Source: Promethearchaeota archaeon
Lineage (GTDB): Archaea > Asgardarchaeota > Lokiarchaeia > Sigyniarchaeales > SOKP01
Direction of reading: 5' to 3'
Length of the DNA: 37,286 bases
Assembly (NCBI GenBank): GCA_011364975.1
Contig: RDOE01000031.1
Location: 1 to 37,286 of the forward strand
This document shows, one piece after another, positions 29,642 to 37,286 of the stretch. The position numbers and the translations under genes were made by a program. Each line of letters starts with the position of its first letter. Within the stretch, counting starts at the first letter, position 1. The notes under the pieces were generated by a model, which worked only from the letters and a program-made list of their open reading frames with translations, searched no databases and had not been told where the DNA came from.

Positions 29642-29840
29642 GCCTAAAATCCACTTACAATTATTTATTTCGGGTAATTTTTTCAGTTAAAAAGAGTGAT
29701 TAAGTAAATATAACATTCCTAAAAAATTTTTCGATTTCCTCTTATTTTCAACTTAAAATACGAAAATTTTTTAGTTTTGAATGATAGATGACTATTAACT
29801 AAGAAATTTAATTCAATTGAAATAAGTATACTGAGAAATT

Positions 29841-30453
29841 ATGGGACGAAGAAAGAGAAAGCAACAAACATATAAGAGAGTCAAGAAAGTTCCAAAGATT
29901 TTCACCTGCCCAAATAACTGAATGGATCTCCCATTCAAATATGGAATGTGGTGAAAAATCTGTTAAAGTAGAGAATATAAGAAAGAGCGCAATAGCCACA
30001 GTTAAATGTGGATATTGTGGTTTGACCAAAGATGTATTAGTTAATTCCATATCTGAACCTGTGGATGCTTTCGGTGATTTTATTGATGTCTATTATGCAG
30101 ATCAAGAACTCCAAAGGTTAGAAAAACGAGTTCTAAAATTGAAAGAGGATAATGAATGGGGGGAATTATCCTTAGCCTATTCTATTCTTTCAGATATTTG
30201 CAGAGCAAAAGCAGCTGAAGCTTTAGAGGATGAAAATGAGGTAAACATGGAAGAAGTAAACAAATGGAAATTACAAGCGGAAGAATATAAACGTCTTGAA
30301 AAAAATGCTTTATTACAGTTAGATAGTCTTGAATTAGAAAAAGGAATTAAGACAGATGATGAATCATTATTCACTGAACATGATGAGAGTGATATCAAGA
30401 AAGAAAAAAAGATAGAAGACATTTTTGAAGATCCCGGTTTTCTAGAATTTTGA
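29841..30453 (+). CDS. elf1: Transcription elongation factor Elf1 with C-terminal extension, interrupted by a 31-nt insert (proposed join 29841..29915, 29947..30453; 193 aa)
   Basis: The frame from ATG 29841 reads MGRRKRKQQTYKRVKKVPKIFTCPN. A different frame continues CGEKSVKV...VKCGYCGL...EPVDAFGDFIDVY. Together they form a full Elf1 zinc ribbon. Confidence 0.85.
29916..29946 (+). other. Candidate 31-nt BHB-type intron in elf1 mRNA
   Basis: In-frame TGA at 29919; hairpin TGAATGG/CCATTCA; exon stem TTTTCACC/GGTGAAAA; central CCAA/ATGG helix flanked by two 3-nt bulges. Removal restores the frame and CxxC. Confidence 0.7.
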
Positions 30454-30454
30454 T

Positions 30455-32125
30455 TCAAGCGTTATATTCCATATTTGATCGCAGAATTCTCTCCTTAACA
30501 TTTAAGGGGATAAATTTCCAAATAGGAAGTCTAATAATCAAGTTAAATAACTCATTTAAGGTAATTTTCTTTTTCTTAATGAGATAGCTCCAATTACGAT
30601 AAGCCAATTTATTAAACAAGCGCATTAAATTAACTCCAAAGATATTATATTTTGAAGTTAGGAATTTTGCAAAATAAGCTCCCAATCTTTTAGTTTGAGG
30701 AACAGATTCCGGGTAAACTGATTCTGAGAGAGGACGATTGAATATTTCATATATTGAAAAGATAGGTATGAGATTTTCGAGATATTCATTGATTATTGTG
30801 ACATAATTTGTATTTTTCGAGGATAAGAGTGATAAATCATTCAGTTTTTTTAGGGCAAAGCTAAAATATTTTTCTTTAAATGATAACCACATGGATGCCA
30901 TATTATTTCTTAAATCCTTAAAAATATGGATTATTTCTTCTTCTTGAAAGAGTAATTCATAATCATTCTCTTGATGCTTTATGTATTCTAAGAATACAGA
31001 ATCAGTATTTTTACTTTCAAAACTATTAAATGCATACTCTCTTGATTCGGTATGAATTGTATGTGTATATAATGGAGTGGTCCATAACATTTGCAATAGT
31101 CTTTCCATAATCTTTAGGTTAAATGAGAGTTGGATAAAGGTTTTATTAATTCTTAAGTTTGATTTATCCATAAATTTTAATTTAGATAACAAATCCTTCT
31201 TTTTCTTTTTACTTTCAAGAATTTTTTTAACCAAGAGATGCCTAATTTTCTTTAGTTTTATAATATAGGAATAAAAATCAACATTATAATGTTCAACAAT
31301 ATATTCATGGGGAATTAAAGCAACATTACGGATCTCTTTATCATTCTTAGAATTAATACTCATTGCGTGATCACCAATAGAATAGGAAAATAGAGTATTA
31401 TCTAAAGCGGAATTAAAATCGGAAAATTTACCCAATCTTTTTGGTGCGTTTGTAAAATAACCATGAAGGAGAGTTTCAATAGCCTTAAAGTTATTATTTT
31501 CATATTCTGATATAATTATAGATTCAAATTCACCTGGATGGTGTCGCTTTATCTTATATTTATTCGCTACAAGATATATAGCCTGATTAGCGCGGTGGCA
31601 TACAGTATGACTCCACCTAAAAATAGTTTCTAAGCATCTACCATACGTAAGGTGATATCCATAAAATTCAGGGCCAAAATAAATAGGGAATCCAAATCCA
31701 CGAGAAGTTGCAAAGGTGAATTGCAATAAGTTTCTTACTTTTTCTCCTTTCAATAATCCGGGGAATTTGTAATGTAGGGCAATCCTTGGAAATAACGCAC
31801 CTATCCCCAAGTTCATCCAAGCCTCAAATAAAATTATACTATCTGGAAATTTAAAAGAGTCCTTTCTAGAGGAGTATTCATCACTCACTTTAGTTAAAGT
31901 AGTTGGAATTGAATATAACCAATCTTTCTCATGTTCTAAGGTTTGGATTCCCATTTTTAATTTTGATAAAACGAGTGGTTTTATCTGATTCTGGACATTA
32001 TTTTTAATGAAGTAATAATTATTTAGTACCCTAATAAATGATGTAATTTCTAAAATACGGGTCTGTAAATTATGTGAGACTTTGATGTTTATAGCCTTTA
32101 ATGTATTCATATTGTAGGGATACAA
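30455..32125 (-). CDS. Hypothetical protein
   Basis: 556-aa ORF converging on elf1 with a 1-nt gap; no recognised family; start uncertain. Confidence 0.7.
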   Translation of the reverse strand: MYPYNMNTLKAINIKVSHNLQTRILEITSFIRVLNNYYFIKNNVQNQIKPLVLSKLKMGIQTLEHEKDWLYSIPTTLTKVSDEYSSRKDSFKFPDSIILFEAWMNLGIGALFPRIALHYKFPGLLKGEKVRNLLQFTFATSRGFGFPIYFGPEFYGYHLTYGRCLETIFRWSHTVCHRANQAIYLVANKYKIKRHHPGEFESIIISEYENNNFKAIETLLHGYFTNAPKRLGKFSDFNSALDNTLFSYSIGDHAMSINSKNDKEIRNVALIPHEYIVEHYNVDFYSYIIKLKKIRHLLVKKILESKKKKKDLLSKLKFMDKSNLRINKTFIQLSFNLKIMERLLQMLWTTPLYTHTIHTESREYAFNSFESKNTDSVFLEYIKHQENDYELLFQEEEIIHIFKDLRNNMASMWLSFKEKYFSFALKKLNDLSLLSSKNTNYVTIINEYLENLIPIFSIYEIFNRPLSESVYPESVPQTKRLGAYFAKFLTSKYNIFGVNLMRLFNKLAYRNWSYLIKKKKITLNELFNLIIRLPIWKFIPLNVKERILRSNMEYNA

Positions 32126-32295
32126 CTATTTTACTAAACTTAATCTTTAATAAGTTATAGTAAATAATTTTGATATTAATTTTTGTTATATTAAAATCAA
32201 TAAAGAAATTAAATAAAGGTAAAATGTATTAAATGAAACATTTAATAAAAGATATTAATTAATTTTTCTAGGATAATAATTTAGACGAATCTAAT

Positions 32296-32739
32296 CTATT
32301 GTTGAGATTGACGCTTAGCAAATAATTGTTTGAGCTCACCCATTATAGCACCTCTTAAACTTTGAGGGTTAGCTGGGCGTTGTGGTCCAGGACTACCAGG
32401 TGGTCCTCCTGGTGGTGGTGGTGGACCTCCAGGGGGTCCTCCAGGGGGTCCTGAAGATGGTGGTGGGACACTAATAGGCGCACTTGGAGAAGCAATAACT
32501 GGAGCCGCTCCTCCACCCCCCCTTGTTTTCAAAGCAGCAAGATCATTATTCATATTATTCATTTTTGATTCAATAGAGGATATTTTTTGGTTAAAATTTG
32601 ACAATGTTTGATCTAATAAATCGGGTATTCTTAAAAGCATTGACATCATTCTTTCCACGATATCTCCAAATGCATTAAGTTTTTCTTCAAGAGGGGCTTT
32701 TCGAGTTTCTTGCATGAAATTTGCGAATTCTTCTGCCAT
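32296..32739 (-). CDS. Coiled-coil plus polyproline plus amphipathic-helix protein, candidate actin/profilin regulator
   Basis: N-terminal heptads; PPPSSGPPGGPPGGPPPPPGGPPG; C-terminal LRGAIMGELKQLFAKR. Confidence 0.7.
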   Translation of the reverse strand: MAEEFANFMQETRKAPLEEKLNAFGDIVERMMSMLLRIPDLLDQTLSNFNQKISSIESKMNNMNNDLAALKTRGGGGAAPVIASPSAPISVPPPSSGPPGGPPGGPPPPPGGPPGSPGPQRPANPQSLRGAIMGELKQLFAKRQSQQ

Positions 32740-32869
32740 TTTTTATTCTCTATTTTTATTAATAAAGTGATATGCTATCCTTTTTCTATTAATTATATAT
32801 TTGATATGTTTAATAAATTTAAGTTCATAGCTTTGTATTAATGGAAATTATGGAAAAAAAAGTTATATC

Positions 32870-33502
32870 TTAACTTGCTTTATTTACGGTATTCTTAAGT
32901 TTGAGCCATAGCTCATCAACTTCGTTCCTAACTTGTATAAACTGATGCATTTTTTTTAGAAAGACATCTCGAGCACGATCGAATTCTTTTTGAATATCAT
33001 TAACCTCTGCTTCAAGAATATGCATCTTTTCTCCTTCAATCAAATCATTTTTCTTTTTTTCAAGAGCTAAAGCTTTTTTAATTACTATACTACGTTTATT
33101 TGCAACTTCACCTAAAGCATCGGCAAATTCGATTTTTTTTTCAATAAAATATTCCTTTTTAAGTGCTAAATCCTTTATTGCATCGATATATGCATTATTA
33201 ACTTTGATATAATCATCATTCCTATGGATTATGTCTTGAAAAATATTAACTTCTTCATCTTTAATATTTGATCTTTTTTCTCGTACCAACGTCTGCATTT
33301 GCTTCAAAACATCTCTAAATATTCTATTAAGCATATCACGATTTAAATTAACTTTCCTCAAATTATCAGCATACTTTTTTTGAGAATCGATAAGATTTTC
33401 TTGAGATTTTGCCAATTTCTTAAATTGAGAAACTAAATCTCTCTCAATTTTAGCAAGCTCGAGTTCGTCTTCATGAGTAATGATTGGGCTCATATTCATC
33501 AA
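32870..33502 (-). CDS. All-helical coiled-coil protein, BAR-domain sized
   Basis: 210 aa, nearly free of Pro and Gly, long amphipathic helices. Confidence 0.7.
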   Translation of the reverse strand: MMNMSPIITHEDELELAKIERDLVSQFKKLAKSQENLIDSQKKYADNLRKVNLNRDMLNRIFRDVLKQMQTLVREKRSNIKDEEVNIFQDIIHRNDDYIKVNNAYIDAIKDLALKKEYFIEKKIEFADALGEVANKRSIVIKKALALEKKKNDLIEGEKMHILEAEVNDIQKEFDRARDVFLKKMHQFIQVRNEVDELWLKLKNTVNKAS

Positions 33503-33589
33503 TTTAAAACTTATTTAATTTAGATTTAATCGTTTTATTATTTTTAAATAAATTCATGATTATAATATTTAGTCTTTTTTGAAATATAC

Positions 33590-34624
33590 TCAAAAAGGAT
33601 ACAATGCAGTTGTGATATTATCTTTATAATTTGCTTTAATTATTTTTGCCGTTACAGAAGTTCCAACTAATCCATCATCAAAAATTAAGGGTTTTTTCAA
33701 TAGGATTTTAATACCAACGTTATCGTCAATTTTTCCAATACATTCATTTTGCCATCTTCCTCTTGATATAATTTTTATCTTCAAAAGATCACCTTTTTGA
33801 TATTTTAAAGATGAAACAGATGTCCTTTTATGAATTCCAAAATCATTAGGACCTAATTTTAACTTTATATTATATTTTTTTTCTAGTTTTGTTAATTGTG
33901 AGTAGAAATAATCCCAGGATTTGGGTCTAATCTTCTTCAATTTTCTCCCTGTTTTATATATTAAATACTTTTGTATACCAATTTGCGTCTGCTGTTCGGT
34001 AAATCCTTCCTTTCTTAAGTTAAGTATAAGTTTTATAATGTCCTCAATATCAGTATCATTTTGGCCAGGAAACCACACTGGGGCTAATAATATATCAATT
34101 TTCGAATCTAAGAGATTATATATATTCTTTATAATCATATCAAGATCATATTCATTACAATTACATAAATAGCAAGCTAACTCTTCATTTAATGTGTTTA
34201 AGCTTAAATTGATCCTTGTGAGGCCTTTTATTTTTAGCATTTTTACAAGATCAGGTGATAATAACAAACCATTACTCTGCATAGAAATAGTTGTGATTCC
34301 ATTCATGTTAGAAAATCGTTCTAATAAGTTGTTTAATTCAGGATAAAGTAAAATTTCCCCATATGGTGCTATATGAATTTCAATATCAAACTCTCCTTTA
34401 ATTTCTACAACTTTCTTCACATTTTCTACTAAATAATCTGAATTAATCATAAAGTTTGTCTCGTAATCATTAGCACTAACAAAACAATATTTGCATTTTA
34501 GATTGCATAAAGTTAGGGGTTTAAGTTCAATAATATTAGTCCCCCGATCAATTACTCCTAAAAAGTCGACACCCATCAACGGGATTTCTGAATCTTTATT
34601 GATATAAATAAGCTCTCTGTTCAT
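33590..34624 (-). CDS. Radical SAM protein (COG2100-like, archaeal)
   Basis: IPLMGVDFLGVIDRGTNIIE, CNLKCKYC (CxxxCxxC), SMQSNG, RINLSL, APVWFPG.ND, DFGIHKR. Confidence 0.88.
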   Translation of the reverse strand: MNRELIYINKDSEIPLMGVDFLGVIDRGTNIIELKPLTLCNLKCKYCFVSANDYETNFMINSDYLVENVKKVVEIKGEFDIEIHIAPYGEILLYPELNNLLERFSNMNGITTISMQSNGLLLSPDLVKMLKIKGLTRINLSLNTLNEELACYLCNCNEYDLDMIIKNIYNLLDSKIDILLAPVWFPGQNDTDIEDIIKLILNLRKEGFTEQQTQIGIQKYLIYKTGRKLKKIRPKSWDYFYSQLTKLEKKYNIKLKLGPNDFGIHKRTSVSSLKYQKGDLLKIKIISRGRWQNECIGKIDDNVGIKILLKKPLIFDDGLVGTSVTAKIIKANYKDNITTALYPF

Positions 34625-34649
34625 ATTTTTCCAGGGTGATATTGGTTTT

Positions 34650-35723
34650 TCATAACTTATATCTTAAAATAGCAATTATTTCTCCTAAATCAATAATTTG
34701 TTGGCCTGTAGGATGTTCACTACTTAAAATGTTGATAGTTCCCCCATTCCTTTCTACATCAGTTATGATCTCTTCAACTTGTAGCTTTTTTTCGTTAGAA
34801 ACTCCTCTAATTACAATATCAGCAACAAAAAGCTCCTTTATGGCTCCTTGTTTGCCTGCATTTGCTATTTCATCAAACCCAATGGCGATTAGATCAGGTT
34901 CGGTACTAAATAAAGTAAGAATTTCTTCAATTTTCTCTGCTTCTTGAAGAACTTTGACCTCTTCCCTAAATTTTAAAAGTTCTTTGGATTTTAAGGTTTC
35001 TAAAATCGCAGTCTCTAACCCTGAGCTTGCATGAATACTATATATTTTTGGTAAATAAGGAGGATTAAATTTTTCCTTAATATATTGGATAAATTTATCA
35101 CGTGTATTTCCAGGACCACATATTATTAATACATCAAATTGAGTAGATTTATAGTTCTCTTCTATAACCTTGTTGATGCTAAGAAAGAATTCTTCCAGAG
35201 CTTTATTTCGATGTGTTTGTTCATACCTTTTTCCGGGGATATTAGTTTTTATTGTGGTGATCTTAGTATGACTATAATTCGTTACTAAATCAATAGTTGC
35301 CAATCCCGTTTCAATCGCCACTATAAGCATAATGAAGTTCACTTTAAACTTCGAGGCTTCTTTTAATCTTTTTAGCTCACTTTTCAACCATTTTTCTTTA
35401 GAGATGATTAATATATCCCCGATTTCGACATTAAAAGTATGATAGGTCCCATAAGATACGAAATCTTCAGGACCTTCTAAGATTGTCCCTTTAATTCTTA
35501 GACGATTTGAAAATTCGTGAAATGCTAATGATTCCACATTTAATTTCAAGTACATTGACTTTCTTTCCCCTTTTGAACCTTCTTTCAAAATGACTCGGCG
35601 TTGTGTTCTTGAACTAACTTTATCGCTCTTTGTTATAACATTATAAAGAGTCCAAAGATCATTTAAATCTTCTACTTTAACCGTAATTTCTTCAAATTTT
35701 TTATCAATTTCTAAAATCTTCAC
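34650..35723 (-). CDS. pelA: Pelota/Dom34 ribosome rescue factor
   Basis: EDLNDLWTLYN, FHEFSNRLRIKG, YHTFNV, IPGKR, CGPG, SSEHPTGQQI..LGEIIAILRY motifs. Confidence 0.95.
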   Translation of the reverse strand: MKILEIDKKFEEITVKVEDLNDLWTLYNVITKSDKVSSRTQRRVILKEGSKGERKSMYLKLNVESLAFHEFSNRLRIKGTILEGPEDFVSYGTYHTFNVEIGDILIISKEKWLKSELKRLKEASKFKVNFIMLIVAIETGLATIDLVTNYSHTKITTIKTNIPGKRYEQTHRNKALEEFFLSINKVIEENYKSTQFDVLIICGPGNTRDKFIQYIKEKFNPPYLPKIYSIHASSGLETAILETLKSKELLKFREEVKVLQEAEKIEEILTLFSTEPDLIAIGFDEIANAGKQGAIKELFVADIVIRGVSNEKKLQVEEIITDVERNGGTINILSSEHPTGQQIIDLGEIIAILRYKL

Positions 35724-35867
35724 GGTTTATTTCATAATTCCGAGGATATCTTTAAATAATAATTAATTTAATGTTTAGTAAAAGATTAATGTTCCTTGAT
35801 TTTGTATCTTTATATTAATTTTCATTAAAATAAAAAAAAGATAAAAAAATTCTTACTTAAAAAAATT

Positions 35868-36023
35868 TTAATCATTTGCTCCTAAAGCTTGTTTTAATTT
35901 ATCTAATTCTTCCATCCGTTTTTTTTTCTCTTCTTCACGCTTCTTTAGCTCTGATTCGTCAACTTTTTGGAGCGATACACCTTTTTTAATTTGCTCTTGC
36001 AATTCCTTGTCTAAGGGCGCCAT
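35868..36023 (-). CDS. Unannotated 51-aa protein with a WH2-like motif
   Basis: Manual translation MAPLDKELQEQIKKGVSLQKVDESELKKREEEKKKRMEELDKLKQALGAND*; GAGGTG just upstream of the ATG; T-rich tract after the stop. Confidence 0.7.
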   Translation of the reverse strand: MAPLDKELQEQIKKGVSLQKVDESELKKREEEKKKRMEELDKLKQALGAND

Positions 36024-36217
36024 TACACCTCAACACCTTTTTAAATTATCTCGTGTGTAAATATTAATCAATTTTTATACACAAATTATAATAGAATTTA
36101 TTTATAAGCTTACCGAAAAATTAGTTTTTTTAAATTAATGCGTATATAATGACTAAAATTCATTTTTAGTTATTACTTGCAAAATACAATTGATAAAATG
36201 AAAAATTTAACCTAAAT

Positions 36218-36667
36218 CTAAATTTCTAATTCCATTAAATACGCATTTTCTTTATGACGATAATAATTCTCTACTTTCTCAGTTATTTTGAAGTTAAATT
36301 TTCTATACAATTTTTGAGCAGTAACATTTTTGGTATTCACATTTAATATAATTCGTTTTATATGAGCTATTTTTTTTATTTTGTCTAACGTAAAATCTAA
36401 TAAAACGCTTCCATACCCTTGGCCCTGAAATCTCTCATCAATAAGAAAGTTAATAATATTCACACTATCTATACTATCCTGTAAAGCTATAGCGAAACCT
36501 ATAATTCTTTTTTGATCATCAGTTATTTTTAAAAAAAGAGTATTACGAATTATTAAACTTCGCAAAATTTCTTTCGAAAAAGCATCCTTATTGAATGTAT
36601 ATTTTTCTAAATTATATATTTCATCTAAGTCCTCAATGATAACATTCTCAACCCACATAATACTCAT
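36218..36667 (-). CDS. GNAT N-acetyltransferase (RimI/Ard1-like)
   Basis: DLDEIYNLEK..F, FQGQGYGSVLL, N..AQKLYRKFNF, ENYY...ENAYLM motifs. Confidence 0.9.
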   Translation of the reverse strand: MSIMWVENVIIEDLDEIYNLEKYTFNKDAFSKEILRSLIIRNTLFLKITDDQKRIIGFAIALQDSIDSVNIINFLIDERFQGQGYGSVLLDFTLDKIKKIAHIKRIILNVNTKNVTAQKLYRKFNFKITEKVENYYRHKENAYLMELEI

Positions 36668-37286
36668 ATTCCTCTTTAAATAGCTTAATTGGAGTTTTTT
36701 CGGTAATTTGACAATATTCTTTTTCCCTAAATGGAGTCATTTCTATGATAAATCCATTTAAGTCATATTCTTCTAAATACTTTAAAAAATCATTATTAAG
36801 GACAATTGATAAAGGTAATTTAAAAGTATTATTCTTAAATTCCATGTATTCTTCGGGTATTTTATATTCTTTGCGTATAAATTTATTGAATTCTTCTAAT
36901 GCATTGATGTTCCCCTCTATTTGTCCAAACATAAGTAAACCCTCGTCATTAATATATTCATATGGAAACTTAATATTGGCAGCTCTTCTTCGATATCTTT
37001 CTTTAAGTTGCCAGAAATCTTTAGCAATAATGGGACAAAAATGAATTTTTATTGAGACTTTAGGAGCCACCCTTTCGATTAATTCTATAGCCCAATCTTT
37101 ACTATTTTCAACCGAAGCAAGAGTTCCTTCTTTTAGTTTAAATCCACGATTTTTCAATTGTTCACTATTTGGAAAACAATATTCAAATTCGTTTAAATTA
37201 ATGAAATCAGCTCCAATAGCATCAAGATGTATAATTAGATTTTCAAGATCATCGATATATTCTTTTTCAGGGATCAACGGAACTTC
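36648..37286 (-). CDS. C-terminal part of a radical SAM protein (COG2108-like), truncated by the window edge
   Basis: FINLNEFE...N...L..RGF and IHFC...AKD..QLKERY.RRA motifs; the frame runs to the window end. Confidence 0.7.
   Translation of the reverse strand, partial: EVPLIPEKEYIDDLENLIIHLDAIGADFINLNEFEYCFPNSEQLKNRGFKLKEGTLASVENSKDWAIELIERVAPKVSIKIHFCPIIAKDFWQLKERYRRRAANIKFPYEYINDEGLLMFGQIEGNINALEEFNKFIRKEYKIPEEYMEFKNNTFKLPLSIVLNNDFLKYLEEYDLNGFIIEMTPFREKEYCQITEKTPIKLFKEEYEYYVG

Noticed and set aside
29941-30453. ORF-track 170-aa ORF as a complete gene
   Set aside because: It lacks the first Cys and the basic N-terminus of Elf1, which are encoded upstream in another frame. Its ATG lies inside the proposed intron.
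29808-30458. Antisense ORFs 29808..30050 and 30177..30458
   Set aside because: They are shadows of elf1 with no recognisable motifs.
32380-32470. GC-rich short tandem repeats (CCTCCAGGGGGT x2, GGT runs)
   Set aside because: They are explained by Gly/Pro codons of the polyproline protein and are not a CRISPR array or mobile-element repeat.
33590-34624. Radical SAM protein as the activase for the glycyl radical enzyme
   Set aside because: Its motifs fit the archaeal COG2100-like family, not PflA-type activases, and it lies about 27 kb away.
4758-37044. Short opposite-strand ORFs nested in long genes (e.g. 4758, 7318, 10631, 12558, 13150, 21038, 24431, 33921, 34636, 36745)
   Set aside because: They are antisense shadows of well-supported genes, with Ser/Phe/Ile-rich composition and no motifs.

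Overview
AT-rich archaeal chromosomal segment. The gene set (uL2, GatDE, Elp3, Nop5/fibrillarin, archaeal MAT, Elf1, Pelota) and many low-GC hypothetical genes suggest an Asgard archaeon, probably Lokiarchaeia; this is inference. The left 16 kb is mostly housekeeping plus an atypical glycyl-radical enzyme. Four things stand out. (1) The elf1 gene is split inside its first CxxC by a 31-nt insert that carries an in-frame stop and folds into a relaxed bulge-helix-bulge (BHB) structure, a candidate tRNA-type intron in an mRNA. (2) There are candidate actin regulators: an unannotated 51-aa WH2-like ORF and a coiled-coil/GPPPPP protein next to a BAR-sized helical protein. (3) An 8-gene minus-strand cluster encodes an AAA ATPase, a degenerate SMC-like protein, a MAGE/KITE-like winged-helix protein and an internally duplicated Zn-ribbon protein. 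(4) A membrane cluster encodes a LITAF-like protein, an AN1-S2P protease and an AN1-pseudo-rhomboid. I saw no tRNA, rRNA, CRISPR array or transposase. All family calls come from motif recognition by eye, without database searches.
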